The notes: generated by a model from the sequence alone, not told the origin. Shown: positions 37,858-47,778, counted from the first letter of the stretch. The stretch is DNA of 64,000 bases from Acidimicrobiia bacterium (GCA_041572755.1 JBFFRY010000006.1:11923-75922); one strand, 5' to 3'. A program made the numbers and translations.

Positions 37858-39000
37858 TCAGTAGAGGAACATGGGCTTTCCGCCGACATGGCGCACCTTG
37901 GGCCGGTAGGCGTCGACGTCATAGAGCTCGTCCACGTCCACTCGCTTCACCCCTTCTCCGGTGACGGCGATCGGGACGTTGGTGTAGGTGCCGCCGCGCA
38001 AGGCCACCATCCTCCCGGACGATCCCTCCATGGCGAGGTCGGCGGCCAACACCGCATAGTTGATCGCCACCATCAGATCGAGGGAATCGGGGCTCCCGGA
38101 GCGCATCAGATAGGCCACCGACTGGTAGATGACGCCCTTGCCGGTGATCTTCTTGATCATCTCTCCGGCGTCGACGCCGACGCCTCCGAGCTTGCGGTGG
38201 CCGAAGGCGTCCTCGTCACCGGAGAGGGCCATCTCCCCGCCCTCGAGCACCGAGCCCTCCGAAATCGTCATGATGGCGTAGTTGCTGGGGTTGGCGGCTC
38301 GGTCGCGCAGGAGAAGATTCGCCATCTTGTGGATGTCGACGGGAACCTCCGAGATCGCCGCCCGATCGGCACTGGAGAGATAGGCAGTGATGAGAGAGGT
38401 CTCTCCGCTGTAGCGGCCGAACAACTCGACCACCGCGATCCGTTCATGAGAGCCACTGGCCGTCCGGAGGTTGTGGACGAACTGCACGCCGCGGCTGACC
38501 GCGGTCGAGAAGCCGATGCAGTAGTCGGTCCCGTGGACGTCGTTGTCCATCGTCTTGGGGATGGCAATGACCGGGACACCCTCCTCGTGGAGGCGGAGCC
38601 CGTAGGAGAGCGTGTCGTCGCCGCCGATGGGAATGAGCACATCGAGTCCCTGCGATTCGATGACTCGCAGGGCGTGCGGGGTCACATCGTGGGGGCCGTC
38701 TCCCTTGACATCGAGGAACGCGGGAAGGTCGGCGCTGGCCACCTTGGCCGGGTTGGTGCGCGAGGTGTGGAGGACCGTGCCGCCGCTGCGATCGATGGTC
38801 CGCACGACGGCACGGTCGAGGGGAACGATGTGCCGAGAGACCGTCTCGGGATCGTCGGGATCGGTGTCGACCAGGCCGGCCCACCCGCGGCGGATTCCGA
38901 TCACCTCGTGACCCTTGTCCGTGGCTCGTTCGACCACGGCCTTGATACAGGGGTTGAGGCCGGGAACGTCGCCTCCGCCCGTGAGGATGCCGATGCGCAC
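37858..39000 (-). CDS. pfp: 6-phosphofructokinase paralog, PPi-type signature (GGDDT)
   Basis: [17 protein letters not shown]-terminus; GGDDT (Asp at the position that discriminates PPi- from ATP-PFKs) and PKTMDND; 380 aa; immediately upstream of the other pfk. Confidence 0.75.
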   Translation of the reverse strand: MRIGILTGGGDVPGLNPCIKAVVERATDKGHEVIGIRRGWAGLVDTDPDDPETVSRHIVPLDRAVVRTIDRSGGTVLHTSRTNPAKVASADLPAFLDVKGDGPHDVTPHALRVIESQGLDVLIPIGGDDTLSYGLRLHEEGVPVIAIPKTMDNDVHGTDYCIGFSTAVSRGVQFVHNLRTASGSHERIAVVELFGRYSGETSLITAYLSSADRAAISEVPVDIHKMANLLLRDRAANPSNYAIMTISEGSVLEGGEMALSGDEDAFGHRKLGGVGVDAGEMIKKITGKGVIYQSVAYLMRSGSPDSLDLMVAINYAVLAADLAMEGSSGRMVALRGGTYTNVPIAVTGEGVKRVDVDELYDVDAYRPKVRHVGGKPMFLY

Positions 39001-39161
39001 TCTGCTGCCCCCTTCCTCGCCTGCGGAACGCCCGGATTCTACGGAGCGACCGGTGGCGCTCCGAATCTGGGGAAGGCTCCCATCGGCAGGAACGGGGGAG
39101 ACGACCGGGTGGTAACGTCCCCGCTGTTACACCGCTGTAGTTCGAGGGAGGGTCCACCCGG

Positions 39162-42100
39162 GTGCGGGAGCCACGTTTCGCCCATCTTCATCTGCACACG
39201 GAGTACTCGATGCTGGACGGGGCGGCCCGCGTCGAAGAGGTTGTCAAGGCGGCGGTGGCCGACCGGCAGCCGGCCGTTGCGATCACCGATCACGGCGTCC
39301 TGTACGGGGCCGTGGATCTCTATGAGACGGCGACGGCTGCCGGGATCAAGCCGATCATCGGGATGGAGGCCTACCTCACTCCGGCTTCGCGTTTCGATCG
39401 TCCGCCCCGACGGGAGGACATCCGGTACCACATCACTCTCCTGGCGGCGAGCCAGACCGGCTACGCCAACCTCATCAAGATGGCGAGCCGGGCCTACCTC
39501 GAGGGGTTCTACTACAAGCCGCGGATGGATCCGGCACTCCTGGCCGAGCACGCCGAGGGCCTGATCGCCACCACCGGTTGCCTCGGGGGGCATGTCCCGC
39601 AACTGCTGGCACCCGATGCGTCGAACGAGGAAGGCAACGTGGGTGTGGCCCGGGACTTCGATGCAGCCCGGGAAGCAGCGGCGATGTATCAGGACATCTT
39701 CGGGAAGGAGAACTTCTACGTCGAGATCATGGATCACGGCGTCGAGGCGCAGCGGCGCGTCATGCCGGATCTGCTGCAGATCTCCCGGGACCTCGGCGCA
39801 CCCCTGCTGGCGACCAACGACTGCCACTACTCCAAGGCCGACGAGGCCGAGGCCCACGACGCGCTGCTGTGCATCCAGACCGGTTCGCTGATGGCGGACG
39901 ACGACCGCTTCCGGTTCCAGGGCACCGGGTACCACATCAAGCCGGCCTCCGAGATGTGGGCCCTCTTCCCCGAGGACGAGTTCCCGGGCGCCTGTGCCAA
40001 CACCCTCCTCATCGCCGAGCGGGCCGACGTCTCCATGGAATTCGGGAACATCCTGCTTCCCCACTTTCCAGTGCCCGAAGGCTCCACAGAGGCGTCCTAC
40101 CTGCGAGGGCTGACCGAGGAGGGAGCCCGCCGGCGCTACGGAGATCCGCTGTCACACGAGGTGGAGGCTCGCCTCGAATACGAGTTGCGGGTGATCGAGG
40201 ACATGGGCTTTCCCGCCTACTTCCTGATCGTATGGGATCTCATGAGGCACGCCAGGGAGCAGGGGATCCGGACCGGTCCCGGGCGGGGGAGCGCGGCCGG
40301 CTCCATCGTCTCCTACTGCCTGGGTATCACCGACCTCGACCCGCTCGACTACGGGCTCATCTTCGAGCGGTTCCTCAACCCCGGCCGGCGGGAGATGCCG
40401 GACATCGACATGGACTTCGACGAGCGGTACCGGAGCGAGATGATCCGCTACGTCGCCGAACGCTACGGGTCGGATCACGTCGCCCAGATCATCACCTTCT
40501 CCACGATCAAGGGACGTCAGGCGGTGCGGGACGCCGCCAGGGTGCTTGGTTACCCCTACGCCGTAGGAGATCGCATCGCCAAGGCGATGCCACCGGCGAT
40601 CCTCGGCAACGAGGCCACCCTCGACCAATGTCTCGACGCACCCGGGGACGACACCGATCCGGTGGTCCGCGACTTTCACACGAACGCCGCCGGGTTGCGG
40701 GAGATGTACGGCAATGACCCCGAGTCGAGACGGGTGATCGACACCGCCCTGGGCCTCGAGGGGCTGCGCCGGCAGGACTCGATCCATGCGGCGGCGGTGG
40801 TGATCTCGGCGAGCCCGCTCACCGAGATCGTCCCCATTCAGCAGAAGGGCGAGGACGCCGAGGTGGTGACTCAGTTCGAGATGCACGCCATCGGGGCCCT
40901 GGGTCTCCTCAAGATGGACTTCCTGGGTCTCCGCAACCTCTCGACGATCGAGCGTGCCCTCGAGCTGATCGAGGAGAACCGGGGGGAGCGCCCCGACATC
41001 GACAACGTCCCGCTCGGCGACCCGGCCGTCTACGAGATGCTGTCGAAGGGCGATTCGATGGGCGTGTTCCAGATGGAGGGAACGGGGATGCGGGCTCTGA
41101 TGCGCAGTCTGCGGCCCGACCGCTTCGACGATCTGATCGCACTCATCTCGCTCTACCGGCCCGGTCCCCTCGGAGCGGGGACCCACACCCTCTATGCCGA
41201 TCGCAAGAACGAGCGGGCCGCCGTGGAGTCGCCCCACGTCGATCTGGAACCGGTCCTCTCGGAGACCTACGGGATCATGGTGTACCAGGAGCAGGTCATG
41301 GAGGCGGCTCGGGTGATGGCCGGTTTCTCGATGGTCGAGGCGGATTCACTGCGCAAGGCGATGGGCAAGAAGATCCCGGCCGTCATGGCGGAGCAAGAGG
41401 AGTTGTTCGTTCGCGGCTGTGTCGAGCAGGGCCACTCCGAAGAGCTCGGCCGGGAACTGTTCGATCTGATCTCCCACTTCGCCGGATATGGCTTCAACAA
41501 GTCCCACGCGGCCGGCTACGCCTTGGTCGCCTACCAGACGGCCTGGCTCAAGGCTCACTACCCGGCCGAGTACATGGCCGCGCTGCTCACGTCGGTGAAG
41601 CGGGACAAGGACCGCACCGCCGTGTATCTCAACGCCTGCCGGTCGATGGGTGTTGAGGTGCTCGTCCCCGACGTCAACCAGTCGGAGTCGGACTTCGTTG
41701 CCCGGGGCGAAACCATCCCCTTCGGCCTGTCGGCAATCCGGAACGTCGGCGAAGGTGTGGTCGAATTGATCCTCGAGGAGCGGCGCAAGAACGGGCCGTT
41801 TGTCGATTTTCAGGACTTCGTCGATCGCGTCGACGTCGCCGTGCTCAACAAGCGGACCGTGGAGTCGCTCATCAAGGCCGGGGCGTTCGACGGGACCGGT
41901 GCCCCCCGTCAGGGATTGTTGGCGATCCACGAGCCGGTGATCGAGGCGGTGGTGGCGCGACGCCGGGCGGAAGACATGGGTCAGTTCAGCCTCTTCGGCA
42001 ACGACGAGCCGGCGCTGCAGGGAGGCTCGTTCGAGATTCCCGACTTGGAGTGGGAACGTTCCACGAAGCTCGGCTTCGAGAAGGAGATGCTCGGCCTCTA

Positions 42101-42674
42101 CGTCTCGGATCATCCGCTGATCGGCGTGGAGGCGGTGCTCAAGCCCATGGTGACGGCGACCATCCCCGAACTGTGGGATGGCGTCGATGGGACGACGGTG
42201 TCCGTCGGGGGAATCGTCGGGGCGGTGACCCGCCGCTACACCCGCAACGGGGAGCCCATGGTGTTCTTTCAACTCGAGGATCTCGAGGCGAGCACCGAGG
42301 TGGTGTGCTTCCCGCGAACCGTCGCCGAGTACGGGCCGCTGGTGCGTCCCGATGCAGTGCTGGTGGCGACCGGACGACTGGACCATCGCGGGGATGCGGT
42401 GAAGCTGGTGGCCTTGTCATTGACCGAGCCCCGGCTCGACCGTGAGGCGGTGGTGCGCCTCCGGGTCCCCGCAGTGCGAATGTCACGCGGCCTGGTCGGT
42501 CGGCTGAAGACGGTGCTCGCCAATCATCCCGGGCCGGTGCCGGTGTTCCTCCACCTGGCCGGCGAGGAGAACGACACCGTGGTCCGCCTCGGCGAGGACC
42601 ATTGCGTCGAACCCCGGACCGCGCTCTACGCCGAGTTGCGTGAGGTGCTCGGCCCCGACGCCGTGCTCACGTAG
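39162..42674 (+). CDS. dnaE: DNA polymerase III subunit alpha (DnaE1)
   Basis: PHP domain (HLHLHTEYSMLDG), polymerase core and OB fold; 1170 aa. Confidence 0.95.
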   Translation: MREPRFAHLHLHTEYSMLDGAARVEEVVKAAVADRQPAVAITDHGVLYGAVDLYETATAAGIKPIIGMEAYLTPASRFDRPPRREDIRYHITLLAASQTGYANLIKMASRAYLEGFYYKPRMDPALLAEHAEGLIATTGCLGGHVPQLLAPDASNEEGNVGVARDFDAAREAAAMYQDIFGKENFYVEIMDHGVEAQRRVMPDLLQISRDLGAPLLATNDCHYSKADEAEAHDALLCIQTGSLMADDDRFRFQGTGYHIKPASEMWALFPEDEFPGACANTLLIAERADVSMEFGNILLPHFPVPEGSTEASYLRGLTEEGARRRYGDPLSHEVEARLEYELRVIEDMGFPAYFLIVWDLMRHAREQGIRTGPGRGSAAGSIVSYCLGITDLDPLDYGLIFERFLNPGRREMPDIDMDFDERYRSEMIRYVAERYGSDHVAQIITFSTIKGRQAVRDAARVLGYPYAVGDRIAKAMPPAILGNEATLDQCLDAPGDDTDPVVRDFHTNAAGLREMYGNDPESRRVIDTALGLEGLRRQDSIHAAAVVISASPLTEIVPIQQKGEDAEVVTQFEMHAIGALGLLKMDFLGLRNLSTIERALELIEENRGERPDIDNVPLGDPAVYEMLSKGDSMGVFQMEGTGMRALMRSLRPDRFDDLIALISLYRPGPLGAGTHTLYADRKNERAAVESPHVDLEPVLSETYGIMVYQEQVMEAARVMAGFSMVEADSLRKAMGKKIPAVMAEQEELFVRGCVEQGHSEELGRELFDLISHFAGYGFNKSHAAGYALVAYQTAWLKAHYPAEYMAALLTSVKRDKDRTAVYLNACRSMGVEVLVPDVNQSESDFVARGETIPFGLSAIRNVGEGVVELILEERRKNGPFVDFQDFVDRVDVAVLNKRTVESLIKAGAFDGTGAPRQGLLAIHEPVIEAVVARRRAEDMGQFSLFGNDEPALQGGSFEIPDLEWERSTKLGFEKEMLGLYVSDHPLIGVEAVLKPMVTATIPELWDGVDGTTVSVGGIVGAVTRRYTRNGEPMVFFQLEDLEASTEVVCFPRTVAEYGPLVRPDAVLVATGRLDHRGDAVKLVALSLTEPRLDREAVVRLRVPAVRMSRGLVGRLKTVLANHPGPVPVFLHLAGEENDTVVRLGEDHCVEPRTALYAELREVLGPDAVLT

Positions 42675-43704
42675 GCGGCCGGACCCATTCGGGGAACGAC
42701 GGCTCGGCCGAAGCCACCAGGGCAGCGAGGTCGTCGGGACTGGTGGGGGCGTCGATCATCCAGGGAAGGCACACCGGTATTGAGCCGCAGCGCACCTCGA
42801 ACGCACGCCGGATCTCGGCCTGATGGAGCGCCTCCGCTCGCCACCGACGCAGGTTCTCGGCGATCGGCGGGGGAACGTTGAGGGGAGGGACCGCCTCGTG
42901 CCACGCCTCGGGCAGCGTGCGGTTGAACACCACGACCTCCGGCCGTCGTCCCGGCAGCTCCGTGAAGAACCGGACCGCCTCTCGAATCGGAGCGGGGTCG
43001 GAAGTGGTGACCACGATGCTGGTGGCGGCCCTGAGATGGCGTTCGACCTCGGCGGCGCGGCGGGCGATGCCGTCGTAGGCGGTTCGGAGGTCGAGGAGGA
43101 AGTCGGCGACTTCCTCGAGGAGGGGCCCTCCCAGCACCGTGTCGGCGATCCTCAGCACCGGACGAGCAGTGACGGCGTAGAGGCGTCGGCGGCCCGGGAG
43201 CCGGGCCCCGGTCAGCCAGCGCAGGAGTCGGCCCCCCACCAGGCGCCTGATCCTGCGGGGAGACGAGAAGAAGTCGAGGCCGCCGCCGGCGGGGGGTGTG
43301 TCGACCACCACCAGGTCCCAGCGTCCCGATTCGAGATGGTGACTCATCTCCTCGGCGGCGGCGTAGGCCTGGCCGGCCGGGAAGCGTTGCGCAATGGCGC
43401 GGAAGAACCGGCTCTCCAGGATCCGGTCGACGGTCGCCGGATCGGCGTGGGTTCTGATGATGGACTCCCACGAGGCCCCGGAGTCGACCATGGCGCCCCA
43501 CAGGCCCGGTTCGCCGGGCGTTGCCTCGGGCACGCTGCCGAGGTCGACGAGGCCGAGCGCATCTGCGAGGCGGCGGGCCGGATCCACGGTGACGACCAGG
43601 GTCACCGCTCCGGTGCGCGCCGCGGCAACGGCGAGGGCCGCCGCCAGCGTGGTCTTCCCGACCCCGCCCGCTCCGGTGACGAGTACGCACCGTGTCACGG
43701 CCAC
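42667..43704 (-). CDS. ArsA/GET3-family anion-transporting ATPase-like protein (second of pair)
   Basis: Deviant Walker A LVTGAGGVGKTT near the N-terminus after the GTG start; the 669-aa track ORF is an artefactual 5' extension overlapping the neighbouring gene. Confidence 0.7.
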   Translation of the reverse strand: MAVTRCVLVTGAGGVGKTTLAAALAVAAARTGAVTLVVTVDPARRLADALGLVDLGSVPEATPGEPGLWGAMVDSGASWESIIRTHADPATVDRILESRFFRAIAQRFPAGQAYAAAEEMSHHLESGRWDLVVVDTPPAGGGLDFFSSPRRIRRLVGGRLLRWLTGARLPGRRRLYAVTARPVLRIADTVLGGPLLEEVADFLLDLRTAYDGIARRAAEVERHLRAATSIVVTTSDPAPIREAVRFFTELPGRRPEVVVFNRTLPEAWHEAVPPLNVPPPIAENLRRWRAEALHQAEIRRAFEVRCGSIPVCLPWMIDAPTSPDDLAALVASAEPSFPEWVRPPT

Positions 43705-44543
43705 TCCCAGCAGGAGGCGAGACGGGAGGCGACCTCGGCTGATGTCTGGAGGCCGAAGAGGTAGGGGAGGCGCGGGCCGGAGGGCAGCCGATCGCACCAC
43801 GACTGTTGGGAAGCAACGAGCCCGCGATGGAGGATTGCGGCATCCTCGGCCGGTCCGGCAGGTGCGGCTTCCCGATCCTCGGGAGCAACGTCGTCGGGGA
43901 GGACTCGGTTCAGGATGATCGAGGCGATCGGGGCGGTGGGGGAAGCCGCCAGATCGGCCAGGGTCTCGAGGGTCTCCAGGACGGGGAGCTCTTCGGGGAT
44001 GGCGACGAGCACCAGCCCGGTCGTCGCGTCGTCGGTGAGCAAGTCCCGCATCCAGCGGGCTTGTTCCTCGATCCTGCCGGCTCCGACGAGACCGAGGAGG
44101 GCGTCGGGAGCCCCGAGCAGAGAGCCGATCTGGCCGGTGGGAGGGCCGTCCACGACCACCAGGTCCCAGGCGCCCCTCCGGACCTCGTTGAGGATCTTTC
44201 CGATGATCACGGTGTCGCGGATCCCGGGCACCGTCTCGGCCAGCGCCCGGAGGGGGCGGGTCACCGGGCCGAGGCGGGGGAGGCCGAGTTGGAGCCGGAG
44301 GTACTCGTCGAGGGCGAGGACCGGGTGGATGTCGAGTCCCCACAGGCCGGACTCGAGCTCGGCGGCCTCGTAGTGAAGGCCCTCTCGCCCGAGGTGGGCG
44401 GCGAGTCCCGTGGCGTCGGAGATCGAGGCCGCCAGCACTCGGAGCCCCTCCCGGGCGCCGCGCAGGGCGAGGGACGCCGCCACGGCGGACCGGCCCACGC
44501 CCCCCTTGCCGGTGATGATCAGGAGCCGGCGATCGAGCACCAT
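43695..44543 (-). CDS. ArsA/GET3-family ATPase-like protein (first of pair)
   Basis: MVLDRRLLIITGKGGVGRSAVAASLAL P-loop; 283 aa; 10-nt overlap with the downstream paralog. Confidence 0.7.
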   Translation of the reverse strand: MVLDRRLLIITGKGGVGRSAVAASLALRGAREGLRVLAASISDATGLAAHLGREGLHYEAAELESGLWGLDIHPVLALDEYLRLQLGLPRLGPVTRPLRALAETVPGIRDTVIIGKILNEVRRGAWDLVVVDGPPTGQIGSLLGAPDALLGLVGAGRIEEQARWMRDLLTDDATTGLVLVAIPEELPVLETLETLADLAASPTAPIASIILNRVLPDDVAPEDREAAPAGPAEDAAILHRGLVASQQSWCDRLPSGPRLPYLFGLQTSAEVASRLASCWEWP

Positions 44544-44594
44544 GGGGAGCGTAGGGGGCTCTAGCCTGGGGCCGAAGTCCACAGAGGAGCCACG

Positions 44595-44813
44595 ATGGCC
44601 GAATTCGACGTCGACGCGTTTCTGGGGAGGTTTCGGGAGCGCGCCGCCGCCGTGCGTGAGCGCGGCATCCCGCCAATCGAGGGTGAGGCCCGCCGGAAAT
44701 ACATCGAGAGCGCCAAGCTGGACTTCATGGACTACTCGCTGGTGGCCTCGGCGGGGTGGGCGGTCGAAGGCGGTGCGCTCGTGCTGCGAATCTCTCTCGA
44801 CAAGGGGGAGTAG
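44595..44813 (+). CDS. Hypothetical small protein (72 aa)
   Basis: Good SD (AGAGGAG, 6 nt) and GC3 bias; divergent from the arsA pair; no family recognised. Confidence 0.4.
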   Translation: MAEFDVDAFLGRFRERAAAVRERGIPPIEGEARRKYIESAKLDFMDYSLVASAGWAVEGGALVLRISLDKGE

Positions 44814-44826
44814 AGAAGCTCTTGGT

Positions 44827-46500
44827 TCAGCCGTTCTCGGGGTCGGCGATCCCGGCGGCGGCCCTGCGGGCGGCGGCTCTCCGCTCCGACTCGAGCCGCT
44901 CCAATCCGTAGTCCTCGTAGTCGACGAACCGCATCGCATCGGCGAGCGCGGTGTGACCCGCCTTGTCGCGGATGAGGCGGTGCATCTCCTGGGCAACTCG
45001 CCGATAGCCGGGATGGCCTCCGGCGACGGTGCGGAGTTCGAGTAGGTGAAAGGCTTCGCGAACGTTCATGTCCATGTAGAACCGGATGCGATAGGCGAAC
45101 GGCACCACGTACTGGGCGACTTCGGCTCCCAATTCGGCGGTGAGCCGACCGTGCAGATCGGCGGTCCGTTCCATGATGTCCCGCCAGACTGCGTCGGCTC
45201 CGATGTCGGGAATCGACGGCGGCACGATGTAGCCGTGGAGGGTTCCCAGCCGTTGCCATTCGAGCGTCAGCAGACGGTGACGCTGCAGGTCGCGGAAGAT
45301 CCCGTAGTCGCAGAGGACGTCGAAGCGGTATCCGACGCGTTCCATGGCCCGGCCGGGTTTGTGGCGGCGATTCCCGCGGTCGCCCACGTAGGCGGCGATG
45401 ATGCGGGCCCGGGAAGCGGCGTCGAGGTTCCCCACGTAATGGCGCAGTGCGTCGTCGGGGAGGTCGGTGACGGCGTAGAGCGCGGCGGCGGCGATCTTCT
45501 CCTCCGCGCCGGGATCCCACTCGACGAGCGTCACCTCCGGTCGGTCACCGATCGGCAGGTCGACGGCATCGCCGAGGGTTTGCATGCGTTCGGCCGTGGC
45601 GGAAAGGAAGTCGATCCAGGCGACACCCCGATCGGGCATGTCGACCCTCCGCAGGAAGGCCGGGATCACCTTGCGGAGTTCGGTGAGGATCAAGCTGCCG
45701 TAATGGCGGTATTCGGCGAGGGGGTGGGCGAGCAGCCTCATGATGAGCATCTCGTAGGCCTGTCCGCTGGCGTTGATGCCGACGTTCGACAGCGTGGCCG
45801 CCGGGAGCATTGCTCGGAGGTCGTCGCACACCTTGGCCCGGATCGTCGACTTGTAGACGAAATCTGAGTCACCGGGATCCTGGGGGAACAGCGTCTCGTA
45901 ATACTTCGTCATCGCCGGGGTCAGTGAGCCGTACGCGTCGAAGATGGCGTCCATCGTCTCGACGTAGGGGTCGGCGAGGTTGGAGGCGGCGATCTCCGGG
46001 GGGATGAAGTAGCGATACCGGCCCCCGATGGGCTGGTCGTAGAACATGTAGCGGGTGCTCTGCTCGAGGTAGGCGGCGAGCCGACCCCACTCGAGCGCCT
46101 TCGTCAGGAGATTGGAGGCCTGCTCGCAGGCGAGGTGGACCGATCCGAGCTGGGCCACGGAATCGTCGCCGTAGTCGGTGAAGACCCGCTGGTAGAGATC
46201 CTCGGCCTTGCGGCGGTTGACCCCTTCGGTGTCGGCCATGGTCGTCGCCATCGCTTCGATGCCGATCTCGGGCACCTCGTAGAACTCGTCGAGGAAGAGC
46301 CGGCGGATCGACTTGGTGGTCCGGCTGTAGCGGGAGAACAGGGCCCCTTTCACGACCTCCGGCAGATTGATGAGCGCGAAGACCGGACCCGTGGTCGTGG
46401 TGAAGAACCGATCCAGAACGGCTCGCTCGGCGTCGGTAAAGGGCTCCTCGTAGTACTCCGATGGGGTGAAGGTGAGTTGGGGATCGATGGTGGGAGTCAT
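44827..46500 (-). CDS. Fused tandem ThyX (Thy1, flavin-dependent thymidylate synthase)-like protein with degenerate motifs
   Basis: Two Thy1-like halves: the N-half keeps S-x-RY (WGR-x7-S-TRY) and GALFSRYSR; the C-half keeps RHR (QRHRLLTLEWQR) but has lost Ser and RY; 557 aa. Confidence 0.45.
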   Translation of the reverse strand: MTPTIDPQLTFTPSEYYEEPFTDAERAVLDRFFTTTTGPVFALINLPEVVKGALFSRYSRTTKSIRRLFLDEFYEVPEIGIEAMATTMADTEGVNRRKAEDLYQRVFTDYGDDSVAQLGSVHLACEQASNLLTKALEWGRLAAYLEQSTRYMFYDQPIGGRYRYFIPPEIAASNLADPYVETMDAIFDAYGSLTPAMTKYYETLFPQDPGDSDFVYKSTIRAKVCDDLRAMLPAATLSNVGINASGQAYEMLIMRLLAHPLAEYRHYGSLILTELRKVIPAFLRRVDMPDRGVAWIDFLSATAERMQTLGDAVDLPIGDRPEVTLVEWDPGAEEKIAAAALYAVTDLPDDALRHYVGNLDAASRARIIAAYVGDRGNRRHKPGRAMERVGYRFDVLCDYGIFRDLQRHRLLTLEWQRLGTLHGYIVPPSIPDIGADAVWRDIMERTADLHGRLTAELGAEVAQYVVPFAYRIRFYMDMNVREAFHLLELRTVAGGHPGYRRVAQEMHRLIRDKAGHTALADAMRFVDYEDYGLERLESERRAAARRAAAGIADPENG

Positions 46501-46593
46501 GATGTCTTACACGAGTGTGGTTCAACGTAGCAGCGGCCGGATCGGTGCCGCAACAGGTCGGGCCACTCTGGAGGCCCGGGTAGGCTCGACTCC

Positions 46594-46917
46594 ATGACCC
46601 CACTCCGCGTGGTGATGGGTGTGATCATCGTTGCCATCGTGGCGGTGACGCTGCTCCCGCTGCTCGTCTTGGTCGATCTGGCAGGAGGGGGGACGGGATG
46701 GGGCCTCTGTCAGGGAGGGATGTCGTCGTGCAGCACCTCCTACTTCGACGGCCCCGAGTTGCTGGCCATGCTGGTGGTGGTCGTCTTCATCCTCTTGTGG
46801 CTGTTGCGGCTCACCCTCCACGCGCATCGCATCGTGGAACGACACCGGGAGCGGGAGGCCGTGGACCAGGGCGCGGAGCAGTCAGTGGGCGGCGGTGATC
46901 GCCTCGGCGGCGGGTAG
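46594..46917 (+). CDS. Small hypothetical membrane protein (2 TM)
   Basis: Hydrophobic helices flanking a Cys-containing loop (CQGGMSSCS); divergent from the ThyX-like gene. Confidence 0.35.
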   Translation: MTPLRVVMGVIIVAIVAVTLLPLLVLVDLAGGGTGWGLCQGGMSSCSTSYFDGPELLAMLVVVVFILLWLLRLTLHAHRIVERHREREAVDQGAEQSVGGGDRLGGG

Positions 46918-47778
46918 GTCGTCCTCATCGCCGGAGGCTGCGAGCACCACGTAGATGGCCACGAGGATCAGTGCGGCGCCCATCCAGCCGCGGGTGTCGA
47001 GGCGTTCCCCGAGGAAGACCGCAGCAGAAGCGGCGGCAAACGCGGGTTCGAGCGCCAGGATGATCGCCGTGCGGGCGGGTCCGATCACCGTCTGCGACCA
47101 CACCTGGAGGAGGAACGCACCGGCGCTGACCGCCAGGCCGGTGAGGAGGATCGCCGGCCAGGTCTCCCGGGTCGGGAGAGGGAATCCTTCGGCGACGGCC
47201 GACCAGCCGAGACCGAGCACGGCGGTGGTGAGGAGCTGAACGGCGGTGAAACGAAGGACGTCGTGGCGGTGGGCGGTCCTCGCCAGGTAGACGATGTGTC
47301 CGGCGAACGAGGCGGCCGCTCCCACGGTGAGGAGATCCCCTTCGGCCAGGGTGAGACCATCCTGGAGGGTGAGGGCCCCGAAGCCGACGAACGCCACGGC
47401 GGCACCGACCACGACCAGGAACCGCGGCCAACGGCGGGCGACCAGCGCCGCAACCAGAGGAGTGAGCACTACGTAGAGACCGGTGATGAGGCCGGAGTTG
47501 GAGGCCGAGGTGGACACCAGGCCCTGGGTCTGAAGGGCGTAGCCGCCGAAGAGAAGGATCCCGGCGATCACGCCCTGGCGCCACACGGATCTGCGGCGGG
47601 GGAGGCCGACCGCGAAGAGGGCCCCGGCTCCCAGGAGGAAACGCCAGCCGACGAAGCCGATCGGTGCCAGCGATGCGACGGCGTCCTTGACCACCACGAA
47701 GGTGGCTCCGAACAGGAAGGAGGCCACGACGAGTGCCAGATAGGCAAGACGAGTCCGGGTCACCGCAGCCGGGAGCAT
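46882..47778 (-). CDS. DMT superfamily (EamA-like) transporter
   Basis: Ten TM helices in two EamA repeats; ATG at 47778 after discarding the Arg-rich 47-aa extension. Confidence 0.8.
   Translation of the reverse strand: MLPAAVTRTRLAYLALVVASFLFGATFVVVKDAVASLAPIGFVGWRFLLGAGALFAVGLPRRRSVWRQGVIAGILLFGGYALQTQGLVSTSASNSGLITGLYVVLTPLVAALVARRWPRFLVVVGAAVAFVGFGALTLQDGLTLAEGDLLTVGAAASFAGHIVYLARTAHRHDVLRFTAVQLLTTAVLGLGWSAVAEGFPLPTRETWPAILLTGLAVSAGAFLLQVWSQTVIGPARTAIILALEPAFAAASAAVFLGERLDTRGWMGAALILVAIYVVLAASGDEDDLPAAEAITAAH

Noticed and set aside
42667-44676. 669-aa ORF suggesting one giant protein
   Set aside because: It is an N-terminally over-extended reading frame (Arg/Pro-rich junk for about 320 aa) whose extension overlaps the neighbouring gene. 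The real content is two separate ArsA-like ATPases (43695-44543 and 42667-43704), each with its own P-loop near its own start.
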